A stretch of 64,000 nt of DNA from an uncultured delta proteobacterium (GTDB lineage: Bacteria; Desulfobacterota; RBG-13-43-22): positions 576,001 to 640,000 of the forward strand of contig CAWBOS010000010.1 of the NCBI GenBank assembly GCA_963790475.1. Reading direction: 5' to 3'. Of this stretch, positions 40,675 to 50,892 are shown one piece after another. The translations under genes and the position numbers were made by a program. The notes beneath the pieces were generated by a model. It ran no database searches. It worked only from the letters and a program-made list of their open reading frames with translations, and was not told where the DNA came from. How positions within the stretch are numbered: the stretch's first letter is position 1; each line of letters begins with the position of its first letter.

Positions 40675-42142
40675 TAAGCCGCCATTTCGCTTTCAGACAT
40701 ATCAAGCCTTTTCAAGATGGTGGAGCGCAGTTCACTCCATACGGAAACCGGATCGGAGGGGGGGAGGAAGTAAGCTGAATAAATTTTTTAATGGCCTGGA
40801 CAGCGGCCTGGCCGGCCATCTTCAACCGATCCTCCGGGTTGGAGGAAAGGGCCTGCTCAACAAACTCAGGAGGGAGATGGAACCGGACCTTGAACTTTTC
40901 GATCTGAAATTCTTCAAAAATTCCTCCAGGTGCTTGTGAACTGCTTTCAGCGGTTGGCAGCAATTGGGGTTGAGAAGAAGTTTCTTCAGGAACTCCTTCT
41001 GACTTGATATCTTCAGGATTTAGTCCCAAGGCACGTTTTCCCAGTATCAAGGATTGAACCCCCTCGGAGGCTTCTTCGTTCGAATAATTTTGGCCAATTC
41101 CCGTTTCCGTGGTCAACCCTTCAGGCGGCTCCGGCCAGAAATTTCCGGGTAATTCGGTGATAAGTACCGGCGATAGGGATTCTCTCCCAGCTGATTCCAC
41201 CTCTCCCTTCTCCTCAATGGTCGGGTTTGAAGGCTTTTGGTCGATAATCTGCCTATCGGCATCGCTGGAAACCTGCGCTTTCTTTTTCTTTTTAGCCTTT
41301 CCTCGGAAGATCTTTGCACCGGTTAATTTTTCAAACTGCCGGCCTACCTGGGAAACGACCTGGGCGTCGATCTGGTTAAGACCGTAGGTCTCACCGGCCT
41401 TTAGACTGAGTTTGGCGATCTTGTTGATCAAGCGAGGGACCCCCTGATCGGAAAATTCCCAGAATAGGGGATAAGTATTTTCGGTAAAAATTGGTCGGGT
41501 TGCCCCCGCCAGCCTTAGGCGGGTTTCCAAATAAGCCTTGATCTGGTCTACGGAGGCCATTTTCTCGATTCGGCTGTAGGTCCCGATCCGCTGAAAAAGA
41601 TTGGCCCGTCGAGGATCTTCCAAACGCCGGGCCAGTTCGAACTGCCCGGCCAGGACCAAGGTAAAAAGATTCCGTCGATCATCCTGCATATTGGTCAGAA
41701 GTCTTAAGCTCTCCAGATTGGCGGGAGTAATGGCATTGGCTTCATCGATGAGCAGTACAATCTTTTTCCCCGCATCGGCGGCTTGAAAAAGGAGTTTATT
41801 GAAAATCTCCAGGAGGCCCACCTTTTTCTTTTCATTACAGGGACTCTCCGTCAATTGGCCGATGATTTCATTTAATAATTGGACAAAAGAAATGCTTGGA
41901 TTGGTGATCAAGGCCAACTGATACTTTTCGGGTGAGAGGCTGTCGATGATGATACGCAGGGATAGAGTCTTTCCCAGACCCACATCCCCAATAATTACGG
42001 ATAAGCACTCGTTTCCCTCCTCAATGGCGAACAGAGTTTCAGCAATAGCATTTTCCATAGAAGTATGACACTCGGCATACATGGAGGGATCAGGGACATT
42101 GTCAAATGGCGGTTTTTGAAGATGCCAATATTCGAAATACAT
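40674..42142 (-). CDS. ExeA/GspA-like AAA ATPase; probable frameshift in G7 tract (40758-40764) near the 3' end
   Basis: MY.EYW.L..PF, GDVGLGKT, IDEA, LAGQ.EL, GVPRLIN; the shifted frame ends TAA overlapping the TPR gene ATG. Confidence 0.8.
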
Positions 42143-42187
42143 AAGAGTCCCCCTTTTTTATAAATTTAGAAAAAATTTTTATGGACC

Positions 42188-42676
42188 TTATTCAAAAACT
42201 GACGGATCTTTTGCCGAGGCTCGACCCAAGGCTTCAACGATATCGTTAAGGAAAAAACGCCTGAGTCGGCCCAACTTAAAACTTTTGATCTTGTTCTCCT
42301 TAACCAGACGGTCTAACAGGTGTCGGCTGATCTGCATCATCCGACAGACTTGATCCGGTTTGAGCATCGTCAAGTTGTGATCCAGGTCGAGATGAAAATT
42401 AAAAACAATCGATCCGTCTTCCTCTTGATGCAGGTTCAAATCCATGCTTTTGGCAGCTTCGGTGCCCTGGAGGTGAATTTCTCCCGATCGGATAATCCGG
42501 CATTGCTTGGGAGCTAGTTCCAAGGAAAGAGGCGGCTCTTCCCTCGAATTAATTTTCGGTGAGAGGTTGAGCTCATTAAATCGCTGACTGTGCTCTTCCT
42601 CCCGGACGGGCAAGGGAAAGGGAAAAGGACCCTGAATTCCTTGCCTTCTTCTTTTGACAATGCAAAATTTTTCCAT
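42188..42676 (-). CDS. Protein with C-terminal excisionase-like (HTH_17) DNA-binding domain
   Basis: MLKPDQVCRMMQIS...L.RLV....IKSFKLGRLRRF. Confidence 0.75.
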   Translation of the reverse strand: MEKFCIVKRRRQGIQGPFPFPLPVREEEHSQRFNELNLSPKINSREEPPLSLELAPKQCRIIRSGEIHLQGTEAAKSMDLNLHQEEDGSIVFNFHLDLDHNLTMLKPDQVCRMMQISRHLLDRLVKENKIKSFKLGRLRRFFLNDIVEALGRASAKDPSVFE

Positions 42677-42789
42677 ATTCCTCCAAAGGCGATAAATAAG
42701 ATCTCTGGTTATTACCGGAGCTTAGTACCGGAGCAGAAGAAACCGATCTTATCCCCAGCCGACTTAGTGGGACGGTTTAATTATGAATT

Positions 42790-42805
42790 TGCAAGATAAG
42801 GACCA
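42790..42805 (-). promoter_or_regulatory. sigma54 (-24/-12) promoter candidate
   Basis: Minus strand TGGTCCTTATCTTGCA with canonical GG-N10-GC spacing, about 115 nt upstream of the HTH gene. Confidence 0.55.
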
Positions 42806-43297
42806 GTTTAAGCCGATTACTATAATTTATTATTATATTATTCCAGATAGTTACATGCCTGACTGATTCGCCATTCCGGAACCATCTCCAGTGAAGCCCA
42901 AAAAAAGTCAAAATATTGCAAGAATTGTTGAAGAGGATTTCTTCCTGGCCGATTTTTGCGGCCATCGGCGTTGTGAAAACCGGATAGATTTATCTGGTTG
43001 ATTTAGAGGGGAGCTTCAAAGCTTTCCGTATCGGGATGCGCTTCCTCAAAGCAGCAATTAGTTTATTCCAGCCCTTAACGTTAGGAAAATAATTAGTTCA
43101 ATTTATTTAGATTTACCCCAGAGATGAATTAAAATAGGAGCGGAATTTATTATTGACATTTGAAGATTGAATCTCCTATATTCCATATTCAAAACAAGAG
43201 GCTCTATCCAATCAAACCGTGGTGGTGATGATAGGGCCTCATTTTCTGTTTATAACCGGTGAACCCGAAAGGGCCACCAAAATTGATGAGGTGTTAT

Positions 43298-44500
43298 ATG
43301 GCTGATTTAGAGGAATTCAGAGCATCTGTGCGAAGTTGGCTGGAGGAGAACGCCCCCAAGTCTATACGGGGCAAGTTTAGAGATCCTGCCTCGGCTTATT
43401 GGGGGGGCGGAAAAACCCCTTTGCCCTTTCCTGAAGCTAAAGTCTGGCTGGATATGATGGTTAAAAAGGGCTGGACGGTTCCCTTCTGGCCCAAGGAATA
43501 CGGCGGAGGTGGTCTCAACAAAGAAGAAAATAAGATATTTAATCAGGAGATGGCCCGGTTGGAATTGCCGCCTCCACTCACCGGGTTTGGGATCACTATG
43601 ATCGGGCCTACGGTTCTGCAGTACGGAACGGAGGAGCAGAAGAAGAAGTATATCGGTGAAATCGTCCGCGGGGAAGTTCGCTGGTGTCAGGGATACTCCG
43701 AACCGAACGCGGGGTCCGATCTGGCCAATATTCAGACCAAGGCCGTAGTCGATGGGGATGATTATATTCTCAACGGCCAAAAGATATGGACCAGTTACGG
43801 TGATCTGGCGGATTGGATGTTTCTGTTGGTCCGGACCGATCCGGGGGTCAAGAAACAGGTAGGCATCACCTTTTTGTTGCTCGATATGGAGACCAAGGGG
43901 GTTGAGGTCAGACCAATTAAACTGATAAGCGGCAATAGCCCTTTTTGCGAGGTGTTTTTTGAGGATGTCAGGGTGCCTCAAAAGAATGTCCTGAACCGGG
44001 TGAACGGCGGATGGGAAGTGGCTAAAGCCTTGCTGGGTCATGAACGTACTATGATCGCCAATGCCTTTGGTGGCCGGGTGGCACCTGAAAAGGCTGAAAA
44101 TCCAATGGATGCGGCCGCCCGTAAATATATCGGCCTCCGAGAGGGCAAGATCGCTGACGTGGTGGTCCGGGACAGAATGGCCCAAAACCAGATGGATGAA
44201 TCCTGTTTCCTGCTCACGGTCCAAAGAAACAGCGATAACGTCAAGGCCGGCCACCGACCCGGTTCCGAAACCTCTATTTTCAAGGTTTATGGAACAGAGC
44301 TGAACCAGAGGAGAATGGAACTTATGCTTTCCATACTGGGTCCGGAGTGCCTGGGCTGGGAGGGGGCAGGATTTGACCAGGCAGAACTGGATTTGTGCCG
44401 AGTCTGGCTCCGCTCCAGGGGAAACACGCTGGAAGGCGGCACTTCGGAAATTCAGTTAAACATTATTGCCAAGCAAGTGCTGGGCCTCCCTGACAAATAA
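43298..44500 (+). CDS. Acyl-CoA dehydrogenase (PimC-like large subunit)
   Basis: WPKEYGG, WCQGYSEP.AGSDLA, NGQKIWTS, EGGTSEIQ.NII. Confidence 0.92.
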   Translation: MADLEEFRASVRSWLEENAPKSIRGKFRDPASAYWGGGKTPLPFPEAKVWLDMMVKKGWTVPFWPKEYGGGGLNKEENKIFNQEMARLELPPPLTGFGITMIGPTVLQYGTEEQKKKYIGEIVRGEVRWCQGYSEPNAGSDLANIQTKAVVDGDDYILNGQKIWTSYGDLADWMFLLVRTDPGVKKQVGITFLLLDMETKGVEVRPIKLISGNSPFCEVFFEDVRVPQKNVLNRVNGGWEVAKALLGHERTMIANAFGGRVAPEKAENPMDAAARKYIGLREGKIADVVVRDRMAQNQMDESCFLLTVQRNSDNVKAGHRPGSETSIFKVYGTELNQRRMELMLSILGPECLGWEGAGFDQAELDLCRVWLRSRGNTLEGGTSEIQLNIIAKQVLGLPDK

Positions 44501-44557
44501 GAAGAAACACCAAGCAATCTACAGAAACTTTTAAAAATAGAAATAGGAGATATTATC

Positions 44558-45700
44558 ATGGAATTAGTTCTCAACGAAGAACAGACCATGCTGGACCAGA
44601 CCGCCAAGAATTTCATAAAAGGTAATTCCCCCATCACTCGTATGCGAAAACTCAGAGACGATGGGGATCCTCTCGGCTATTCCAAAGAAATGTGGAAGAA
44701 GATGGCCGAATTGGGGTGGACTTCCATCCTTTTTTCAGAAGAGGATGGTGGAATGGGTTTGGGCATGGCCGAGGTGGTCCTGGTGACCGAGGCCATGGGA
44801 AGAGGTCTGGCACCGGAACCTTTCTTTTCAACCGTTATGTTGGCCGGACAGGCACTATCCATCGGAGGGAGTCAAGAACTCCGGGAACAATGGCTGGGTT
44901 TGATTATCGAAGGAGAAAAGGTTTTGGCGATGGCCTATCAGGAAAAAGGCGGCCGTTATGATATTACGCGTATCAAAACAAGCGCAAAAAAGAGTACAAA
45001 CCACTATCTTCTGAATGGTGAAAAAGCCCAGGTTCTTGACGGCTACGGTGCTGATGCCATCATCGTGTCGGCTCGAACTTCAGGTAAAGATGGTGAAACC
45101 GAGGGAATCACCCTCTTTCTGATTCCCGCTGGTACTCCAGGGATGACGGTCACCCGTCAATGGCGATTAGATTCCCGAAATGTGGCCCTGGTGCAACTGA
45201 AGGAGGTGGAGGTACCGGAGTCCAACATCATCGGCCTGGTTGGAAAAGGTGGGCAGTTGCTCAGCCGGGTTATCGATCAGGCCACGGTGGCCCTGTGCGG
45301 AGAAATGCTGGGTGGAATGTGTGCCGCTTTTGATCGCACCCTGGGTTATTTGAAGGAACGTGTTCAATTCGATGTGGTGATTGGTACTTTTCAGGCGCTT
45401 AAACATCGAGCTGCCAGGATGTTTATGGAGATCGAGCTTTCTCGATCGGTAGTGATGGCTGCGGCCCGCGCTCTGGACGAGAATAGTGACAACAAAGAAA
45501 TTCTGGTCTCAACCGCCAAGGCCCGCTGTTCTGACGCCTATATCCTGGTAACTAATGAAGCGGTGCAAATGTTGGGCGGTATCGGAATGACCGACGAGGA
45601 GGATACCGGATTCTACATGAAGAGGGCCAGAGCGGCGGAAATGACCTTTGGAGATGCCACGTATCACAAAGATCGATTTGCCACTTTGAAAGGGTTTTGA
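44558..45700 (+). CDS. Acyl-CoA dehydrogenase (PimD-like partner subunit)
   Basis: R.QF...IG.FQA.KH, A.Q..GGIG.T.E. Confidence 0.9.
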   Translation: MELVLNEEQTMLDQTAKNFIKGNSPITRMRKLRDDGDPLGYSKEMWKKMAELGWTSILFSEEDGGMGLGMAEVVLVTEAMGRGLAPEPFFSTVMLAGQALSIGGSQELREQWLGLIIEGEKVLAMAYQEKGGRYDITRIKTSAKKSTNHYLLNGEKAQVLDGYGADAIIVSARTSGKDGETEGITLFLIPAGTPGMTVTRQWRLDSRNVALVQLKEVEVPESNIIGLVGKGGQLLSRVIDQATVALCGEMLGGMCAAFDRTLGYLKERVQFDVVIGTFQALKHRAARMFMEIELSRSVVMAAARALDENSDNKEILVSTAKARCSDAYILVTNEAVQMLGGIGMTDEEDTGFYMKRARAAEMTFGDATYHKDRFATLKGF

Positions 45701-45859
45701 TTATTCACTAGGAGCCTGTCGATCTTGAGCTAAAGATATTGTCTCCCAAGAGGTCCGATTTTATTTTGAGGACTCCAAAGGGTTATAGTAAGTTCAAGAT
45801 AATAGAATAAGGCCTTTTTTTGTAATTTTTCTTTGTGGATTTTTTTATTTGGCAGCTAG

Positions 45860-47842
45860 CCCATCTTCCGCAGTTAGAAAGCATGGAAGACGCGATATCA
45901 AATAGTTACGACAAGAATTAGGGCATTTTCTTCACTACATTTTCAATAATTTTTGGTTTGTTGGGGAGCAGAATTTTCAATCTCTGAAGCAGCACTTTGA
46001 GTTCCTTTGAGGGAGTAGCCACCATTCTGAGCCGGAGGGTTCTCTCCCGCGCCGGTAGTAGCACATCCAAAGATTTCAATTCCCGCAACTCCTCCAACAG
46101 CTTTCTTGGGGCGGTACCGAGTCCCGAGGCTTTCATCCATTGCTGGAGCGTTCGCCACATAGTCAGCGCCAAGAAGCAGACCAGGATATGAGCCTGGGTC
46201 CGTTCCTGTTTTTGATGGAAGATCGGTCGCATTCCCAGATCATGTTTCTCGGTACGGAATGAATCTTCCACTTCCGTCAGTTGGATGTAGGTATTCCATA
46301 GGACTTTCGGGTCACTTTCGGTCCAGTTGGTGCGCAGGATGTAGCTACCGCCGGTCTCCAAGGCCCACTGTTGCCGTTGTTCGTTCTTCTTGACTTCTAG
46401 GGAAAGCGGTGCGTCTTTTCCGGTACCGGTCTCTATGACTGTAATATTGAACAACGAGGCCGCACGTTTATTTTGTTCCAGCAGTCGCCCTATTCTCCGC
46501 TCGACTTTCTGCTTGTCTCGGAGCTTGCCGGTTTCGGCCTGGCGGGCCAGGTGATCCAGTTGGCTTTCCAGTCGGGTCAAAAAGTGGTTTAGAATGGCGT
46601 TTTCTTTCTCCTTCCGGCCTTGAGACCGGCACAGGACAAAGATTTCATCCGTTCCTTCCGGCGAGCAACAGAGCTTGACCTCAACACCAGGTTGGACCGC
46701 TTCCCAGTTCTGTTCGAAAAGCTGCTGCTCAAACTTCTTCAGCATCACTTTTGGGGTGCCGACCAAATAGCGGGCACCGACTTTGCGCATAAACTCCAGA
46801 TTCTCCTCACTCACCATGCCGCGATCCATAACCCAGATCCGGTTGGCTTGGCCGTATTTGGCCTCCATCATCTGAACCATCTCTTGGGTCGTCGTGACAT
46901 CCGGTCGATTGCCGTCAAAAACCTCAAAGGCTATGGGAAAGCCCTCTCGGGTGGCCACCAGGCCGATGCAGACCTGGGGACAATCTGGACGACTGTCCCG
47001 GCTGTAACCCCTCTTGGCCTGGGCATTGCCCTTGGCGGTCCCCTCAAAATAGGTGGAGGTTATGTCATAAAACAAAAAATCAAAGCTACTGCCGAACAGT
47101 TCCCCATAACGCTCCTGAAGGTGACGGCTTAAGGCATCCTTGTGGGGAAGCAAGGCATCCAGGGCACGATAAAGCCGATCCTCATTGATCTTATAGTCGG
47201 CCACTCCCAGCAGATCGTCTAAGGCCGTCTGGCCATACCAAAACTCGGCCATCTGTAATTCCGACGATGGGGCGCAAAAGCGTCCAAGAACTAAAATAGA
47301 CGCCATGATCGACCAAGGAATCTCTTCCCGGTTGGAAGGAATATGATCTCGGCAGAACCTGGCAAGCCCCAGTTTGTTCCACAAAAACAACCCCAAATAG
47401 ACATCGCCGAAGCCTCTGAGTCGCTCGACGCTTACGCCATGGATATTGACCGTGGCCCAAGATGGGGGGTCTTCCCCCTGCTCAAACAGTTCAGGTCCAG
47501 GTAGAGGCTTTCCGGAAAGAATCCGTCCGATCTCCTCCCAACCTATCCGCTCTTCCCGATCAAGGCCAGGAAGTTTCCCTATCGTCGCCACTACTCGCTG
47601 ACGGGGCCCTCGGGCAGTACGGACCGACTCAACTAAAAGCCAGCTCTCGTACTCCGCTCCACCTTTCTTTTTGGTCGCACGCCGGAGATACATAACCCCA
47701 TTATCTCCGTTCCCACAGCACCTGGCAAGGGGGTGGTCTTCACTACATCCAATTTTCAAAGATCAGGACTTGAAATCATTTAACAATTCCTAACAATTCA
47801 TCACGTTTTTCTTGATTTTTTCTCCAAACTGCGGAAGATGGG
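45860..47842 (-). mobile_element. IS1634-family element
   Basis: Perfect 16-bp TIR cccatcttccgcagtt; CTAG repeats at 45856-45859 and 47843-47846. Confidence 0.9.
45918..47693 (-). CDS. IS1634-family transposase
   Basis: LVES.R...PRQR, YDITSTYFEG, GYSRD.RPD, DRGM, VE.SFR..K..L..RP.FH. Confidence 0.92.
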   Translation of the reverse strand: MYLRRATKKKGGAEYESWLLVESVRTARGPRQRVVATIGKLPGLDREERIGWEEIGRILSGKPLPGPELFEQGEDPPSWATVNIHGVSVERLRGFGDVYLGLFLWNKLGLARFCRDHIPSNREEIPWSIMASILVLGRFCAPSSELQMAEFWYGQTALDDLLGVADYKINEDRLYRALDALLPHKDALSRHLQERYGELFGSSFDFLFYDITSTYFEGTAKGNAQAKRGYSRDSRPDCPQVCIGLVATREGFPIAFEVFDGNRPDVTTTQEMVQMMEAKYGQANRIWVMDRGMVSEENLEFMRKVGARYLVGTPKVMLKKFEQQLFEQNWEAVQPGVEVKLCCSPEGTDEIFVLCRSQGRKEKENAILNHFLTRLESQLDHLARQAETGKLRDKQKVERRIGRLLEQNKRAASLFNITVIETGTGKDAPLSLEVKKNEQRQQWALETGGSYILRTNWTESDPKVLWNTYIQLTEVEDSFRTEKHDLGMRPIFHQKQERTQAHILVCFLALTMWRTLQQWMKASGLGTAPRKLLEELRELKSLDVLLPARERTLRLRMVATPSKELKVLLQRLKILLPNKPKIIENVVKKMP

Positions 47843-49196
47843 CTAGGGCATACATTCTTTTTAAGTTGTAGGCCATACAGACTAAATTCCATTCGCCGCT
47901 GACCATCTCTAACCCGCGAAGGAAAAATTGTCGAAAGCCCATAATGGCCTTGATAATGCCGAATAGCGGTTCAACCGTACTCTTCCGCTGGGCGTATATC
48001 TTTTTGCCCTCTGATGTTTTTAGCCGATGCTTCATTCGGGTAAGCACATCAGCCTCTTCCGGCAAAGGTTCGGGCTGGGCGAAACGTTCTTCTAAGGGAA
48101 TATTGTGTTTTTCACGATTTACAGCAATATAGGGGGTAATCTGCTCGGCTGCGCACTTATCCAGGTTGGCCTCACTAAAATAGCCTGAATCGGCCACTAG
48201 GGTGTCCACCGTGCCTAACTGGTCTGGTAAGGAAATCAGGTTTTCCAAGGTCGTCTGGATTTCTTGCTTGTCATTGGGTTGTTGGGTAACATGATTTTCG
48301 ACAATAAGCATGGTTGAAAGATCCACCCCGGCTTGGGCGTTGTAAGCTTGTTCAAAGGTCCCGCCGGCAGCGGGCATAATCCGGGAATCTTCATCGGTCA
48401 GATTCACTTGATCGGTTTTTTTAGGGCCGGACTCGGGTGGTTTAGGTTCACGTCCTCGGGGTTTCTTACCACCCTCTTGCTCCTTGGCATAACGTTCGGC
48501 CATCTTTTGGTCGTAGACTTCTTGCTCTTTGGCATAACGCTCAGCGGCTCGACGTTCAATCTCTCGCTTGGCCAGTTCTATAGTTTCAAGCCGTTTCCCT
48601 CTTCGAGAAAGTTCCTCCGGGATACTCATCCCTTCGGGAACCGCTTCCCGGTCCGCTACTTCGGCCTGACGTAAGAGCGAGTCAACTTCTGCCTGAATCT
48701 GTTGTTCCAGTTTACAGGCATGATCCCAACTCAAGGCCTTATGTTGGGAGGCATTGGCCTTGATCTTAGTTCCGTCTAAGGCCACTTGGCCCAGTTTGGC
48801 TATACCCATTGTTTGAGCAATCATCAGGATCTGGGCGAATAGAGGCTTTAACTCTTCCAGAAAACGTTTGCGGAAGGCAGCTATCGTGTCATGATCCGGG
48901 TGTTGATTGGCCGTAATATAACGAAAAGCTACCGACTCATGGGTGGCCAATTCCAGTTTGCGGCTGGAGAAGACGCCCGTGGCATAACCGTAAAACAACA
49001 ATGCCACCAGCATGGTCGGAGAATAAGCCTCGGAACCCCGGCCGTCGTAGGCGTTTTCAATGGGCCTCAAGTCAAGTTTGGTGACCACCTCCACAATAAA
49101 TCTGGCCAAGTGATTTCGTGGTAGCCAATCATGAATAGAGGGAGGCATCAGGTATAGGGTATCGCGGTCACAACACTTAAATCGTGGAGGATTCAT
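47790..49196 (-). CDS. IS1182-family transposase, C-terminal tail supplied by the IS1634 end
   Basis: SSRKLE, PDHDTI..FR, DGTKIKANAS, TD.DSR.M, YNAQ, ADSGY, R..TVEP.FG.IK. Confidence 0.92.
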   Translation of the reverse strand: MNPPRFKCCDRDTLYLMPPSIHDWLPRNHLARFIVEVVTKLDLRPIENAYDGRGSEAYSPTMLVALLFYGYATGVFSSRKLELATHESVAFRYITANQHPDHDTIAAFRKRFLEELKPLFAQILMIAQTMGIAKLGQVALDGTKIKANASQHKALSWDHACKLEQQIQAEVDSLLRQAEVADREAVPEGMSIPEELSRRGKRLETIELAKREIERRAAERYAKEQEVYDQKMAERYAKEQEGGKKPRGREPKPPESGPKKTDQVNLTDEDSRIMPAAGGTFEQAYNAQAGVDLSTMLIVENHVTQQPNDKQEIQTTLENLISLPDQLGTVDTLVADSGYFSEANLDKCAAEQITPYIAVNREKHNIPLEERFAQPEPLPEEADVLTRMKHRLKTSEGKKIYAQRKSTVEPLFGIIKAIMGFRQFFLRGLEMVSGEWNLVCMAYNLKRMYALAHLPQFGEKIKKNVMNC

Positions 49197-49366
49197 ATTT
49201 TCTCTCTACGTAATTTTAAAGTCGAATATATTTAACTAATTGAATTAATTTATATTTTATCATATAATCCAACTTATGCCAAGAGAAATCTTGTCTTTTG
49301 AGCACATTTTTAATAGATTTTTTAAACGAAAATTTAACCGGACAAATTTAAGTCCGACAGGCTCCT

Positions 49367-49532
49367 AGACAGGACTTACAGGATTACATTGATCTTTGTG
49401 CCTTTCAGGAAGAAAGGCACAAACCGAATCCTTCTGCGGACGAAGGTATTTCCCTCTGCTGGAAGCGAATCGAGTTGCTCAGGGTTCTCCGGAACCTGAG
49501 CAAAGAACGGATAAATCCTGTTGATGCTGTCT
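49367..49532. repeat. MITE-like element with ACAGGATT-type inverted ends and internal hairpins
   Basis: agacaggacttacaggatt / aatcctgttgatgctgtct; internal gtgcctttc..gaaaggcac and gctcagg..cctgagc. Confidence 0.6.
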
Positions 49533-49538
49533 GATTTT

Positions 49539-50264
49539 TTAAAGGGGTATTGAGGCCGGAGTTGTATTTTTCAATTGGACCAGGGCCTTTTCGGCTGCCT
49601 TTTGCTGGGCTTCTTTTTTGGTCTTGCCTTTTCCGATGGAGACAACCTTTCCCTGTATGATTACTTCTACGAAAAAAATCTTTTTGTGATCCGGTCCTTC
49701 TTCCCGAAAAACCCTATAGTCCGGGATGGTTTTTAGTCTTCCTTGGCAGTGTTCCTGTAGAAGGGTCTTATAGTCTTGGGTGGAAAAGTGAGCAGAATTT
49801 TCAAACTGGGATCGGAAGAGACGGTCAATAAAGCTCAAGGCCGCATCAAAGCCACCGTCCAAATAGATGGCCCCTAGAACGGCTTCGAAGGTATCGGCCA
49901 GAAGAGAAGATTTCTCACGGCCTCCGGTCCGTTCCTCCCCCTTACCGATCAACAAATAGGACCCCAATCCCAACTGTAAGGATAAGGAAGCCAATTTTTT
50001 CTCATTGACTTGGCTGGCACGAATCTTGGAAAGATGACCCTCCGGGAGATCAGGATATTGGTCTAAGAGCATCGTGCTCAAGGATAAATTCAACACCGCA
50101 TCGCCTAAGAATTCCAGGCGTTCGTTGTGTTTCCATTCGGCCCCCGAATGTTCATTGACAAAGGATCTGTGGGTTATCGCTTGTCTTAATAGTGAGATAT
50201 CATTAAACAAATAGGATAGGGAATTCTGAAGAGCATCGAGGTCTATGATTTGTTTTTCTTCCAC
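49539..50264 (-). CDS. rnc: Ribonuclease III
   Basis: NERLEFLGDAVL, D.FEA..GA.YLD.G, DYKT.LQE dsRBD. Confidence 0.97.
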   Translation of the reverse strand: MEEKQIIDLDALQNSLSYLFNDISLLRQAITHRSFVNEHSGAEWKHNERLEFLGDAVLNLSLSTMLLDQYPDLPEGHLSKIRASQVNEKKLASLSLQLGLGSYLLIGKGEERTGGREKSSLLADTFEAVLGAIYLDGGFDAALSFIDRLFRSQFENSAHFSTQDYKTLLQEHCQGRLKTIPDYRVFREEGPDHKKIFFVEVIIQGKVVSIGKGKTKKEAQQKAAEKALVQLKNTTPASIPL

Positions 50265-50341
50265 TGGGGAAAGCCTCCAAGGATATTACCAGAAAATATA
50301 TCCCATTCATAAATATTTTTCAAGAGGACTTAATAATTTTG

Positions 50342-50370
50342 TTGACAATAACACGTTTTTTAAGTATATA
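50342..50370 (+). promoter_or_regulatory. sigma70 promoter of rplM-rpsI
   Basis: TTGACA-17 nt-TATATA. Confidence 0.65.
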
Positions 50371-50401
50371 TAACCTTTTAAAATTTTGGAGTTACTGAAC
50401 T

Positions 50402-50827
50402 ATGAAAAGTTACATACCGAAGAAGGATGAAATTAATCGAAACTGGTGTCTTATCGATGCCGAGGGGAAGATTTTGGGTCGGTTGGCCTCTGACGTGGCC
50501 CAAAGGCTGAGAGGGAAGAATAATCCCGGATTTGTCCCTTATGCTGATACCGGAGATTTTGTGGTGGTGGTTAATGCCGAAAAAATTATTTTGACCGGAA
50601 AGAAAATGGATCAAAAGATTTACTACCATCATTCCGGATTCATCGGGGGCCTTAAATCCATTACCGCTAGAAAATTAAAAGAGAAGAAACCTGAAGAATT
50701 GCTACGGCAGGCGGTCAAGGGGATGTTGCCTAAGAACAGCCTTGGTCGAAAACTAAACAAAAAATTGAAGGTTTATGTGGGGGCCGCACATCCTCATGAG
50801 GCCCAAAAACCTGTTTTAGTATCTTAA
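50402..50827 (+). CDS. rplM: 50S ribosomal protein L13
   Basis: W..IDA....LGRLA, D.GDFVVV.NA, GMLPKN.LGR, HPH.AQ.P. Confidence 0.97.
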   Translation: MKSYIPKKDEINRNWCLIDAEGKILGRLASDVAQRLRGKNNPGFVPYADTGDFVVVVNAEKIILTGKKMDQKIYYHHSGFIGGLKSITARKLKEKKPEELLRQAVKGMLPKNSLGRKLNKKLKVYVGAAHPHEAQKPVLVS

Positions 50828-50892
50828 CCGGATATTGAAAAACCCAGAAAGGTGGGTATTTTTACCAAGCCGGTTGAGGTGTGGAAGGGAAC

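Larger units (their letters stand above)
45712..49364 (-). mobile_element. IS1182-family element carrying a nested IS1634
   Basis: TIRs gagcctgtcg / cgacaggctc; CTAG repeats at 45708-45711 and 49365-49368. Confidence 0.88.

Noticed and set aside
43307-44254. 315-aa minus-strand ORF
   Set aside because: Antisense shadow of the acyl-CoA dehydrogenase.
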